DNA of 64,000 bases, taken from IMG/VR virus record IMGVR_UViG_3300042337_000191; one strand, given 5' to 3'. Numbering within the stretch: the first letter of the stretch is position 1; each line of letters begins with the position of its first letter. The notes under the pieces are model-generated. The model worked only from the letters and a program-made list of their open reading frames with translations, was not told the DNA's origin and ran no database searches. Origin of the DNA: an uncultured virus (IMG/VR IMGVR_UViG_3300042337_000191) (taxonomy: Duplodnaviria > Heunggongvirae > Uroviricota > Caudoviricetes). Below, piece by piece: positions 48,920-57,676 of this stretch. The position numbers and the translations under genes are program-made.

Positions 48920-49151
48920 GACTCATATCCCTTGGAACACATTTCACTTTGACATAAAAGATATCGCCTTGCCTCGGAGCAAGAGCACTCTTTGCTATTC
49001 TTTCATAGCCTTCTTTTGCACAACTCATTGGAGTGTTTTGTATTTCTCCCATGATAATTGTTGTATCTCGACCACCTTCTTTACATTCAAAATCGGAAAG
49101 CATAGAATTACAAATTAATATGACTGGTATATATTGAATCATCCCTGACAA
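48909..49151 (-). CDS. Hypothetical Cys-containing protein
   Basis: 80-aa ORF with four Cys. Confidence 0.45.
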   Translation of the reverse strand: MSGMIQYIPVILICNSMLSDFECKEGGRDTTIIMGEIQNTPMSCAKEGYERIAKSALAPRQGDIFYVKVKCVPRDMSRER

Positions 49152-49436
49152 CGTATACCAAATTTAGCTTCAGCCCCCATTACTTTACCATGTAGAGGAC
49201 CAATCTTACATGCTTTAGATTCAATTTCTACATGTTGCTCGGTACACATTCCCGCAATGCACATATAGACAATAGCTGCAACGAGTTTCATTTTCGCTCC
49301 TTATACAAAAAAGGCATGCCAATTATGATATAGAAACCAACCAGCCAATAGAGCAAAAGCTGCTCGAGGCTGAAAGGTGCCCACTAGTAGTAAAACAACT
49401 ACAACAAGCTTTGGGTCAAAAAACATATTATATCCT

Positions 49437-49622
49437 TTATGCTGCCTTCTTAACCTCAACAAAATGTTTCTTGAGATTGTCAGAAGCTTTGTTTAAAATT
49501 TCTCCAGAAACGCCAATACGAATAAGATTAGACAACTCAATAATTTCTTCTTCTGAAATATCATTGGCTGGCTTAAACTCGAACAAATTAGACTGATTAT
49601 ATTTTTTAGTTGCCTTTGCCAT
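49437..49622 (-). CDS. Hypothetical protein
   Basis: RBS AAGGA; ends KKAA. Confidence 0.5.
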   Translation of the reverse strand: MAKATKKYNQSNLFEFKPANDISEEEIIELSNLIRIGVSGEILNKASDNLKKHFVEVKKAA

Positions 49623-49633
49623 ACGAGTTCCTT

Positions 49634-49816
49634 TTAAATCTTTTGTAGGGTTGAATTCGTTTCTATAATTTCCATCTCACTGAGGGGTACGTATTCATTT
49701 GAATTTAGGCTAGAAAAAATCTGTTTAGCTGATTCTGCTTCTTCTATTGAAGAATAGAAACCAAGAACCAAACCCTTTTTCTTATGCATTAAAACATAAT
49801 AATGAGCGTTTGTCAT
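49634..49816 (-). CDS. Hypothetical protein
   Basis: VLGFYSSIEEAE motif; RBS present. Confidence 0.5.
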   Translation of the reverse strand: MTNAHYYVLMHKKKGLVLGFYSSIEEAESAKQIFSSLNSNEYVPLSEMEIIETNSTLQKI

Positions 49817-49832
49817 TTACTATTCCTTATGT

Positions 49833-50015
49833 TTAAGATTGAGTTTTATACATAACATATGATGCGGAAAACCCTAATAGAGAAATTAGAGCACACATAA
49901 AATTTACAGTAGGATAATCTGCAACATACATTAGCAATGCATTACACAATACAAAGAAACCATTAATCCACATCATCCAAAGATGGAACTTTTTACTAAA
50001 AATAAAATCACTCAT
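49833..50015 (-). CDS. Small membrane protein
   Basis: Two hydrophobic helices. Confidence 0.45.
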   Translation of the reverse strand: MSDFIFSKKFHLWMMWINGFFVLCNALLMYVADYPTVNFMCALISLLGFSASYVMYKTQS

Positions 50016-50156
50016 TATATAGGCTTTCGCTGTTTAAAGAGACGGTCTACTTATTTACACTCCGAAGAAACTCCAGATACTTAGAAAGAGAAATATACCC
50101 ATGGATCATAAGCATTTCCATAGCAGCGATCTTAGCTTCAATCTTTTCGTTATCAG

Positions 50157-50372
50157 TCATAGCTTAATCCAATCTCTACGTTTCTTTAGTTTATTCACTT
50201 TAACCTTAATATACCCTCTATTCATACAGAAGGCAATAAGTTCAGTTACGTTCGAAGGAACCTTCTTCGAAATCTCCAAAGAAGCGGTTTGACAAACAGC
50301 CAAACCGTCCGAAATAGTTACCGGATCCTCCGACACGAATTCGTATTCTCTGGTATCCTCAAAGGAGATCAT
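50157..50372 (-). CDS. Hypothetical protein
   Basis: Coupled by ATGA overlap. Confidence 0.45.
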   Translation of the reverse strand: MISFEDTREYEFVSEDPVTISDGLAVCQTASLEISKKVPSNVTELIAFCMNRGYIKVKVNKLKKRRDWIKL

Positions 50373-50557
50373 AGCGATTCAAGACCACGTTTATGGCATT
50401 CATCGACACAAGCCCAGTATTCCTTTTCATTGGCTCCACGAGCAGCAGCCTCTTGATTCCAATTACCTTCAGCAGCCATATAATACATATGCTGGCGCCA
50501 GAGACGATCCATTTCCTCGGTTAGTTGTTTATCAGTAAGCGTAGTAAAATCAGTCAT
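50369..50557 (-). CDS. Hypothetical protein
   Basis: Start MTDFTTL after GGAGA. Confidence 0.5.
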   Translation of the reverse strand: MTDFTTLTDKQLTEEMDRLWRQHMYYMAAEGNWNQEAAARGANEKEYWACVDECHKRGLESL

Positions 50558-50786
50558 GCCATTCTCCATCATCACATTCATAGAACACTCGCCCAAAATA
50601 AGTTTTGGGCATCACCATTTTAAGAGATACGTCATATTCCATGACGGTGCGATCGGGATTTCGATGAATAACCTTACAATGTTGATCAAGCCATTCCTGC
50701 CGATCACCGCCAATGGTAATGACAAAAGTCATTATTATTGCAATAGCTATCGCTCCAATAACGATAACTACTAACTCTCTATCCAT
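50550..50786 (-). CDS. Single-pass membrane protein
   Basis: N-terminal TM segment followed by HC...YECDDG. Confidence 0.55.
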   Translation of the reverse strand: MDRELVVIVIGAIAIAIIMTFVITIGGDRQEWLDQHCKVIHRNPDRTVMEYDVSLKMVMPKTYFGRVFYECDDGEWHD

Positions 50787-51081
50787 TACTCATACCCTTG
50801 ACGAGTTTCTGCCCATATTCAATACGATCACGGATGGCCTGTAGCTTACGCTTATGACCGTCCCCAGCAGTATAGTGTTCGGCCAGAGTTTCATATGCAC
50901 CACAGACAGCAGCATTGTGTAGAACATCTTCTGCAAGATATTCATAACGTGCTGGATCTCGAGCCATTTTATTACTATCTTCAACAAACGAATAGTAACA
51001 GGCTTCATATCCTTCATAGAGCATCTGAAGGAAGGCATCATCATAGGCTTCATAATTTAATTCTAAAGATAGTTTCATCAC
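50779..51081 (-). CDS. Hypothetical protein
   Basis: ORF in operon. Confidence 0.5.
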   Translation of the reverse strand: MMKLSLELNYEAYDDAFLQMLYEGYEACYYSFVEDSNKMARDPARYEYLAEDVLHNAAVCGAYETLAEHYTAGDGHKRKLQAIRDRIEYGQKLVKGMSNG

Positions 51082-51356
51082 TTATAGATCTCCTCTAGTA
51101 CACGTTCAAGAAAGCGAATAGGTTCTGAGTCATAGGCACCATATTTACTAAACTTCTTCATAATATCATGCATACCACTAAGAGTCTCTTGTATGGTATA
51201 GCCATTATTGACATAGTCTTCTAGTTCATTGTTCAGTCTATTTGCTATGGACTCAATTTCATCCCGAGGGAAAGACATTGTAAACAGTTCCCACTGATCG
51301 GCTGAGAAGTCAGCCTTAATGGTAGGAGACTTTATGATTGTAAGATTGTGCATCAC
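51078..51356 (-). CDS. Hypothetical protein
   Basis: YGAYDSEP motif; coupled start. Confidence 0.55.
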   Translation of the reverse strand: MMHNLTIIKSPTIKADFSADQWELFTMSFPRDEIESIANRLNNELEDYVNNGYTIQETLSGMHDIMKKFSKYGAYDSEPIRFLERVLEEIYK

Positions 51357-51583
51357 TTATCCTCCGTCCATCGCTTTCCACAATCAGGACATTCATATTC
51401 AAACCATTGACGATCCATAGAGGGATCATAATTCCCGCTGGAAGACTTATAGGTCTTAGTAGCATTTATATGGGGACAAAGTTGCTGCAGGCTATTAAGA
51501 TCAGACTCAAGATCCGATATCTGTGCTTCAATCTCAATACGATCTGCACGAATGCCCTTACATAATAGTTGGTCCTTTGTCAT
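51353..51583 (-). CDS. Zinc-ribbon-like protein
   Basis: CPH...CPDCGKRW. Confidence 0.55.
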   Translation of the reverse strand: MTKDQLLCKGIRADRIEIEAQISDLESDLNSLQQLCPHINATKTYKSSSGNYDPSMDRQWFEYECPDCGKRWTEDK

Positions 51584-51834
51584 TATGATCTCTCGATCTT
51601 ATCAATGCGACGTCGCATTGACGATCGATCGATCTTATCAATGATTCCCTGCAGAAATTCGATCTCTTCTCGAACTGCATTCAATTCGCCGTCATTAAGT
51701 CCCCCATCATAGGGGTCAAATGCAACGTGCTTCTTGAGACGTTCTGCATATTCCTTGGCTTCCTGCAGTCGGGTATAAAGATCTTCTCTGATCTCAATCC
51801 ACCGATCCGTGGTGTCTCGTGAATAGAATTCCAT
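51583..51834 (-). CDS. Hypothetical protein, paralog of 63449-63643
   Basis: MEF.S.D...LY.RL...EIEFL...D.IERS shared with the paralog. Confidence 0.6.
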   Translation of the reverse strand: MEFYSRDTTDRWIEIREDLYTRLQEAKEYAERLKKHVAFDPYDGGLNDGELNAVREEIEFLQGIIDKIDRSSMRRRIDKIERS

Positions 51835-51978
51835 TTAGTCCTCCAGTGTTCCCGGAACAATCCAATAAGAGTGATCGGTGCTCTCATCATAGGGAGCCAT
51901 ATCCTGTTCGGTGAAATAAAAGGCATGACCAAACATGCCAGGACAGATATACACCGACTGCCAATAAACGACAATCAT
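51835..51978 (-). CDS. VPGTLED-family microprotein 1 (47 aa)
   Basis: MIVVYWQ...SYWIVPGTLED. Confidence 0.6.
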   Translation of the reverse strand: MIVVYWQSVYICPGMFGHAFYFTEQDMAPYDESTDHSYWIVPGTLED

Positions 51979-51979
51979 C

Positions 51980-52108
51980 TTAGTCCTCCAACGTCCCGGG
52001 AACTGCCCAGTAGGAGATATCAGCTTCGTCGCAGATGCACTCGCTAAGATAACGAATGAACGAGATATTTCGAGTGTTGTCATACCAATACGAATAAAAG
52101 ACTGTCAT
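51980..52108 (-). CDS. VPGTLED-family microprotein 2 (42 aa)
   Basis: MTVFYSYW...SYWAVPGTLED; directly behind a promoter and GAGGAG. Confidence 0.6.
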   Translation of the reverse strand: MTVFYSYWYDNTRNISFIRYLSECICDEADISYWAVPGTLED

Positions 52109-52136
52109 CTCACTTCTCCTCAACCATAGAATAATT

Positions 52137-52169
52137 ATACCACTCTTTTGATAAGAAGTCAAGCTCGAA
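52137..52169 (-). repeat. 33-bp promoter-containing direct repeat, copy 1
   Basis: ATACCACTCTTTTGATAAGAAGTCAAGCTCGAA identical to 52882-52914; forms TTGACT-17-TATAAT. Confidence 0.85.
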
Positions 52170-52314
52170 TTTTTCGCATGCGACGATTAACTCGATTAAT
52201 GAAAAAAGGATAAGTCCCTGCATAAAAATCATCATATGGTCGAAGCCATGCATGATCTCTGTCTCTACGATAGATTATGATGGATCCCTTACGGTAATAG
52301 CTATGGAATAACAT
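52159..52314 (-). CDS. Hypothetical protein
   Basis: Start MLFHSYY. Confidence 0.4.
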   Translation of the reverse strand: MLFHSYYRKGSIIIYRRDRDHAWLRPYDDFYAGTYPFFINRVNRRMRKIRA

Positions 52315-52355
52315 TTTCTCAGTTCTCCAAAATGTGCTTAGATTCGATCTGCATC

Positions 52356-52670
52356 TTACCCTGCATTGAAAGAAGAACAAACGATAGAAGTTACAGAACC
52401 TTCCTTTGCTTCGCCCAGATATTCTACCTGAACAAATTCTGGAGAAGTCCACGATAACGTACCATAATTTGCTTTCACATACGTATCGACAACCCGACCA
52501 TCTGCCTTATAGCACCACTTCTCATCCGACTCACGCCAGAAATATGGACATTCTCCATACCAATAAGGATGAATAAGACGAGCCTCATCCTCTGACTCTG
52601 CAATGACTACGGCAGAATCATAGGTATCATAATCACGGTTTTCTTCCTGAGAAATTTTATAAAGTTTCAT
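52356..52670 (-). CDS. Conserved phage hypothetical protein
   Basis: MKLYKISQ..N.DYDTYDSAVV.AESE.EAR..HP...VCSSFNAG. Confidence 0.65.
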   Translation of the reverse strand: MKLYKISQEENRDYDTYDSAVVIAESEDEARLIHPYWYGECPYFWRESDEKWCYKADGRVVDTYVKANYGTLSWTSPEFVQVEYLGEAKEGSVTSIVCSSFNAG

Positions 52671-52857
52671 CTTCCTCTCCAAAAAATTCGTCTTCTCCAA
52701 AGGGATCGTCCATACCATAATCAATCCAGAACTGCTTTACATCGTCCTCAGACATATACATAAGGAGCGATGCAATAAGGTCTCGTGCAGCTTGATCAAG
52801 ACGACCATAGAGTCCGTCATCCACCAGATCTAGGATCTTATTCGTATAGGTCCGCAT
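52657..52857 (-). CDS. Hypothetical protein
   Basis: MRTYTNKILDLVDDG...L.YMSEDDVK. Confidence 0.6.
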   Translation of the reverse strand: MRTYTNKILDLVDDGLYGRLDQAARDLIASLLMYMSEDDVKQFWIDYGMDDPFGEDEFFGEEDETL

Positions 52858-52881
52858 TTCTCCCTCCATCATATCACTATG

Positions 52882-52914
52882 ATACCACTCTTTTGATAAG
52901 AAGTCAAGCTCGAA
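52882..52914 (-). repeat. 33-bp promoter-containing direct repeat, copy 2
   Basis: Identical to 52137-52169; forms TTGACT-17-TATCAT. Confidence 0.85.
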
Positions 52915-53353
52915 CTTTAAAAGTCAAAAAATTTTGTTGCGGATTTTTTTAAAATCCATTCGGTAAAGTCAGTGTGACCTTTTGAGGTGTGTGGTTGACC
53001 TTTTGGGCATGTCGGGGTGTGTGGAGATAATACTAGGCTCCGGGTCCCCCGCACGAACATCAACCGATTTTCTAAAGGTGCGACTCACTTACGCCAACGT
53101 CGCCGGTAGCGCACCATGTCCACATACAACTCGATCCAGATGCCATATGCGAAACCAAGCGTGAACAGAGCCACACAATCTCCAATCAGCTTCCAATCCA
53201 TCTTCGTCTCCTAGTGATCCGTATTAAACCCTTCATACCCATCATACCACCAATACTTGCCCAAGTCAAGCAGAGTTTTCTCGGTGGCGATACCTTTCCT
53301 CTGACAATCCATCAGTGTCCGCCAGAGGAGATAATGAGAGAGATGATCCGCCA

Positions 53354-53527
53354 TTACCACTCTCTATACTGTCGAGCTCGAGCCTGACGATACTCATCCA
53401 GACACCATTGGTCTAGCTCTCGTACCTCTAGGTCGTAGGTCTGTTGGTCAATGATACCACGGCTGAGCTCTCGGTCGAGCCTGTCCATGGTCCGTTCGGC
53501 GATACGTTCGATTTGGTCCTCGGTCAT
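53354..53527 (-). CDS. Hypothetical protein
   Basis: MTEDQIERIAERTMDRLD..L..G...Q..YD. Confidence 0.55.
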   Translation of the reverse strand: MTEDQIERIAERTMDRLDRELSRGIIDQQTYDLEVRELDQWCLDEYRQARARQYREW

Positions 53528-53529
53528 TC

Positions 53530-53673
53530 TCAGCGCTCCAATACGACAGACCACTTACCGTCTGCCCACTGCTTAGTCTTGACAATACGGTATCCAGCGT
53601 GCACCCAAGCTCTCGCTGTCCGACAAACGTAGCTGTAAGATCCGGATATAACCTTCTTCGGCTTCTCTGTCAT
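53530..53673 (-). CDS. Hypothetical protein (47 aa, not in ORF track)
   Basis: MTEKPKKVISGSYSYVCRTARAWVHAGYRIVKTKQWADGKWSVVLER after GGAGG. Confidence 0.5.
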   Translation of the reverse strand: MTEKPKKVISGSYSYVCRTARAWVHAGYRIVKTKQWADGKWSVVLER

Positions 53674-53820
53674 TTAATCCTCCAACGTTCCAGGAACAAT
53701 CCACCATGAGCGATCTTGAATATCATCCACGGGATACATATCCTGCTCGCTATCGTATTGAGCAATAGACCATGCACCAACTTGATATATTGATCGACGT
53801 TGCCAATAAACGATAACCAT
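53674..53820 (-). CDS. VPGTLED-family microprotein 3 (48 aa, not in ORF track)
   Basis: MVIVYWQRRSIYQVGAWSIAQYDSEQDMYPVDDIQDRSWWIVPGTLED. Confidence 0.6.
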   Translation of the reverse strand: MVIVYWQRRSIYQVGAWSIAQYDSEQDMYPVDDIQDRSWWIVPGTLED

Positions 53821-54032
53821 CACACTTCCTCCCCGACACCATCGTATCCGTCATAGATACGGTTCAGTTCTACCTTACGGATCTCGATCCACTCGCAGTC
53901 GTTTCCAACCGCATGCTTGGCCTTATAGGACACTTCGAACTCACGAGCCTTCACGTAGTCGGAGAACACGCCCAACAACTCCATGCCCTCATACTGGACA
54001 CCGTACATCACGACGTAGACTTCCATGATCAA
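53820..54032 (-). CDS. Hypothetical protein
   Basis: VYVV....YEG..LLGVFS motif; behind a promoter and GAGGAGG. Confidence 0.6.
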   Translation of the reverse strand: MIMEVYVVMYGVQYEGMELLGVFSDYVKAREFEVSYKAKHAVGNDCEWIEIRKVELNRIYDGYDGVGEEV

Positions 54033-54173
54033 TCCTCCTCATCAACCTATATTCTTACTCTACGCCCATTCTGGATAAAAGTAAAGCTGAGACTGTGCTG
54101 TAACGTCAACTTTTTTTAAAAATAATGCCTGGACGAACCTAGAGCTCCGCAGAGACAATGATCCGCCCAGGAC

Positions 54174-54202
54174 TTGACTTTTAGGTGATAAAATGGTATA
54201 CT
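54174..54202 (+). promoter_or_regulatory. Sigma70-like promoter with no downstream + strand ORF
   Basis: TTGACT-17-TATACT. Confidence 0.6.
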
Positions 54203-54309
54203 TAGAAATTGTCTAACAGTGGGATGGACTATCAGCTCTCGACGTCCCAGTCACTGACAATCCATCCCACACTCAGAACCGCTGGAGCAAGGGCCAGGGC
54301 CGTGAGATC

Positions 54310-54825
54310 TTAGACTAATGCCTTGACAGCATCAACCGTCAGGAACGTCGGAGCCTTGAAGGACTCAAGATCATTCGTGACAGCATCAACATAAGCACGA
54401 GCCTCATCGGCATCGAAGTTCTCGACACCAGTGGCCTTCGGCTCGGCATACTGGCCCTTGGCATACTTACGGCCAACAGCCTTCAGACGAGCAAGGTTCT
54501 TCGCACGAATGTCGGCGATTTCCTCGGCAGTCTTGGTCTTACCGAGCTTGGCCTTCTCGGCCTGTTCCTTATCGCCAGCAACACGAGGAGCCGGAACCTT
54601 CTGGATCTTGCTCTTCGGAGCCTTAGCAGCCTTCGGAGCAGCAGAACGAGTAGCCTTCTCGACAGTGCCGAGCGACGGATCAGCCTTCACACGGAGAGCA
54701 TACGCTGCACGAGCGTTCTTCTCGGTCCAACCGAACTCTGCCTGGAGCAACGGCAGGACATCAGCCATCGCCTTACCAGCGTTTTCCTTCATAATGCGAA
54801 TCACGATTTCAGTCTTCGTAGCCAT
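54310..54825 (-). CDS. Basic Ala/Lys-rich early protein, possibly DNA-binding
   Basis: Helical N-terminal domain, AAPKAAKAPKSK linker, strong RBS and strongly biased codon use. Confidence 0.65.
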   Translation of the reverse strand: MATKTEIVIRIMKENAGKAMADVLPLLQAEFGWTEKNARAAYALRVKADPSLGTVEKATRSAAPKAAKAPKSKIQKVPAPRVAGDKEQAEKAKLGKTKTAEEIADIRAKNLARLKAVGRKYAKGQYAEPKATGVENFDADEARAYVDAVTNDLESFKAPTFLTVDAVKALV

Positions 54826-55476
54826 CTTCAGATCTCCTTCATCAACCTATATACGTATTCTACCCCAGATTTCGATATTCGTAAAGCCCCAAAAGTCAAA
54901 TTTCTGAAGAAAAATGACTTTACCGTTCCAGATCAATAGCTTGTCAACGAAACATGATCCTCTACGTCATAGCCATAGAATTCAGGGAATTCCTGGAAGT
55001 ACTCGAGGTAGGACTTGACTGCTACCCGAGATATGTTATAATAGGCTCTGTCAAAGCCATCGAAATAGAGGATCAGATTGAATGAACGAATCATTGGATC
55101 ACCTCGAGGATCTGAACCAGAACAATGAATACAGCCAAGCCAACGGTCATCAGTCCGAGGCCAATTACGTTCTGCATATCTTGGGTTCTCATCAGCAGTT
55201 CTCCTTTCAACCTTACATATATGATTATACCCAGTTTCGGAAAATTCGTCAAGCGAAAAATGACTCTCTCGGCAACTTTTTTTGAGCTTGGTCTGTGCTG
55301 TAAGGAACACCTGCCCCGCCCAATACCACTCCCTAGAGTATACTCCATTTTTGAGAAAAAGGCAAGCTAGGCTGTAGGGCTACCGCTAAAATAAATTTGC
55401 TCGTTACAGCACAGTCTCAGCTTGCCTTATAAGGGGATCAGCGGTAATATAATAATGGTAACTGAAGGAGAAACTC

Positions 55477-55698
55477 ATGAAAGCGATTTATTTTCCCTTT
55501 AAAGGTTCAAATAATTGGGCTTTTATTAATTCGTGGGTTAATTCATGCGGCCCAATTGGGGTTATATATTATGGGGAAAATGAAATGATGATCCCGGTAT
55601 TAGCGACCGAATTAAATACCTATAATAAAAAGCCTTTAGATTTTTATAAAAATTCGCCTAAGTTTAATAAACGACGGGGGTATAATGCCCCTTATTAA
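55477..55698 (+). CDS. Hypothetical early protein
   Basis: Behind a TTGCCT promoter at 55422 and AAGGAG. Confidence 0.55.
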   Translation: MKAIYFPFKGSNNWAFINSWVNSCGPIGVIYYGENEMMIPVLATELNTYNKKPLDFYKNSPKFNKRRGYNAPY

Positions 55699-55837
55699 TA
55701 ATTAAAAAAACTTAGTAATTCTTGGCTAATTGTTAATGCTCTTGGTTGTGTGTGGGTTTATAATAAGTTCAACAACCAAGAGCACCAACACGCATTAGCA
55801 CGCATTAGCAAGCATATACGCCTCGAATAGCGCAGAG

Positions 55838-55866
55838 ATAAAAAAAAGGGGATTTTTTATACCCCT
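55838..55866 (-). terminator. Intrinsic terminator
   Basis: AGGGG-loop-CCCCT followed by a T-run on -. Confidence 0.6.
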
Positions 55867-55884
55867 AAATATATTCCCTTATTA

Positions 55885-56085
55885 TTATTCTTTAATCTCT
55901 AGGTATTCCCTATATTTCTCTCTTAGGAGTTGCCTATCCTCTATTAACATATGGGTTAGCGTTCCCATTAAATCATATTCCCTTCGGTATTCTTTTAATT
56001 GGCGTAATTGGTAGTATCTTAGGTATAACTGGCCTATTATTGATTCTATTTCTAATTCTATATCCTCTACGGTTTTATTTTCCAT
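55885..56085 (-). CDS. Hypothetical protein
   Basis: 66-aa ORF in a short - strand operon. Confidence 0.5.
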   Translation of the reverse strand: MENKTVEDIELEIESIIGQLYLRYYQLRQLKEYRREYDLMGTLTHMLIEDRQLLREKYREYLEIKE

Positions 56086-56218
56086 TAAACCATTCCTTTC
56101 GCATTTCGCCTATTATATTAATAAACCATTCAGGACCGAATATTAATACGCCTATTGCTAGTAATATAGAGCCGAATGATAGTATTAGACGGGCGGCGAT
56201 ATTTGATAGTAGTTTCAT
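56075..56218 (-). CDS. Small membrane protein (47 aa, not in ORF track)
   Basis: MKLLSNIAARLILSFGSILLAIGVLIFGPEWFINIIGEMRKEWFNGK. Confidence 0.45.
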   Translation of the reverse strand: MKLLSNIAARLILSFGSILLAIGVLIFGPEWFINIIGEMRKEWFNGK

Positions 56219-56219
56219 T

Positions 56220-56402
56220 TTATTCCCCCTCAATCTTAATATTCTTCCAATCCGGGAGTAATTCGAATAATACGCCTTTAATTTCTTTTAATACTCTACC
56301 CTCTACTATTTCCTCTACTCTGTATATTTGATTATGATTATAATAAGCGGCGATTAATCTATAATAATTACCGTTCTTCTCTTTGATGATTCGCTTAGTC
56401 AT
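56220..56402 (-). CDS. Hypothetical protein
   Basis: AGGAG RBS; behind a TTGCCT promoter. Confidence 0.5.
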   Translation of the reverse strand: MTKRIIKEKNGNYYRLIAAYYNHNQIYRVEEIVEGRVLKEIKGVLFELLPDWKNIKIEGE

Positions 56403-56520
56403 TTCGTTTTCTCCTACTATTCCTATTCTACGCCTTTCCGGAAAAAAGGCAAGCGCTGACTCTGCTGTAAGGCCAAGAAATTATTTTAAAAAAAATGACC
56501 CCATATGGTCTAGCTGGCGC

Positions 56521-56548
56521 TTGCCTTTTTCGGCGAAACGGGTATACT
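56521..56548 (+). promoter_or_regulatory. Early sigma70-like promoter
   Basis: TTGCCT-16-TATACT; divergent partner near 56425-56452. Confidence 0.65.
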
Positions 56549-56577
56549 AAGAATATGGTTGATTGAAAGGAACTGAT

Positions 56578-56811
56578 ATGACTACGTTTACCTACCCGAC
56601 TCAAGCTGAACTGTTGATCCTTATTGCTAAGACCGAGTTTAAGCCGTTCGATAAAATGGATTGGGACGCCTTTGCGGGTTGTGAAAGCGATAATCCGTTT
56701 ATCGGCTATTCCGACGAGTTTACTATCGTTCTTGACGGTCATCTTATTAATATTATTCATTCCGAAGATAGCTATGGCGGTCAGTTATTTGAATTGAATA
56801 AACTGGCCTAA
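56578..56811 (+). CDS. Hypothetical protein
   Basis: F...DW.AFAGCE...P motif; start at ATG after AAGGA. Confidence 0.6.
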   Translation: MTTFTYPTQAELLILIAKTEFKPFDKMDWDAFAGCESDNPFIGYSDEFTIVLDGHLINIIHSEDSYGGQLFELNKLA

Positions 56812-56848
56812 TATAGTATAATATTAATATAATAAGAGGAGAGTTAAT

Positions 56849-57100
56849 ATGGATAATATTAACGAGAATTGGCTTATCCGCACCGACGAAATGGCCTATA
56901 AATTCGAACAGGGCGATCTAACCGTAGATAAGTTTACGGACGATCAATTAACCTATTTGATATACTGGAACTTCGGAGTTTCTGGTGTATCTATTATGAA
57001 AGAAACTAAACTCGCCGAAGAAGAATTAATTCGCCGAGGTAATCCCTATTCCGAGGATTACGCCGATGAATTAAATGCTAAGACGGAGGATTATCTATGA
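56849..57100 (+). CDS. Hypothetical protein
   Basis: AAGGAG RBS. Confidence 0.55.
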   Translation: MDNINENWLIRTDEMAYKFEQGDLTVDKFTDDQLTYLIYWNFGVSGVSIMKETKLAEEELIRRGNPYSEDYADELNAKTEDYL

Positions 57101-57315
57101 TTTATGATATATCTAAATGGTCGACCGAACAATTGGTTGACTTATTAAATCATTCAGGTTATAGTAGCGATGATATAGTTTCTTGTTACTATAAACAAAC
57201 GCTGTCCGAGGGTCATATAGTCTTTAATATAGACTACGAGAACCTAGATGGCGAATTAGAATCAGGTAATGTCTTTGTATTCATTCGCGATGGTAAACTG
57301 GTCGCTGAGTTCTAA
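57097..57315 (+). CDS. Hypothetical protein
   Basis: GGAGG RBS; ATGA coupling. Confidence 0.55.
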   Translation: MIYDISKWSTEQLVDLLNHSGYSSDDIVSCYYKQTLSEGHIVFNIDYENLDGELESGNVFVFIRDGKLVAEF

Positions 57316-57316
57316 G

Positions 57317-57370
57317 TTGGTCGCAGCGTAGGTCAGCGAGTTGGTCCTTCACTTGGTCAGGAGATAGGTC
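57317..57370 (+). repeat. 12-nt periodic array A (5 x TWGGT + 7 variable nt)
   Basis: Pentamers at 57317, 57329, 57341, 57353, 57365. Confidence 0.85.
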
Positions 57371-57676
57371 ATGTCTTTTAGAGTTACAAATAACTTCGCC
57401 GATGCGAATATGACTGGTCTGGTTGGTTATGTTAATACAACCTACGCAGATCTGGTCGAGGCGTTCGGTCAGCCCCAGCAAGGCGGCGATAAGACTAATT
57501 CAGAATGGATTATTAAGTTCTCTGACGGTCAGGTAGCGACTATCTATGACTGGAAAGAACCTATGACGCCGACCGATGATTATGACTGGCATATTGGCGG
57601 TAAACGCTCGGTCGTTGTTGAGCGTATTGCTAATATTCTAGGTGTCGGTAATAACTGTTGGTCGACCGATAGGTAA
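57371..57676 (+). CDS. Conserved phage hypothetical protein flanked by the two arrays
   Basis: TY..LV..FG.P....DK...EW...F.DG.VATIYDWK......WHIGG. Confidence 0.7.
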   Translation: MSFRVTNNFADANMTGLVGYVNTTYADLVEAFGQPQQGGDKTNSEWIIKFSDGQVATIYDWKEPMTPTDDYDWHIGGKRSVVVERIANILGVGNNCWSTDR

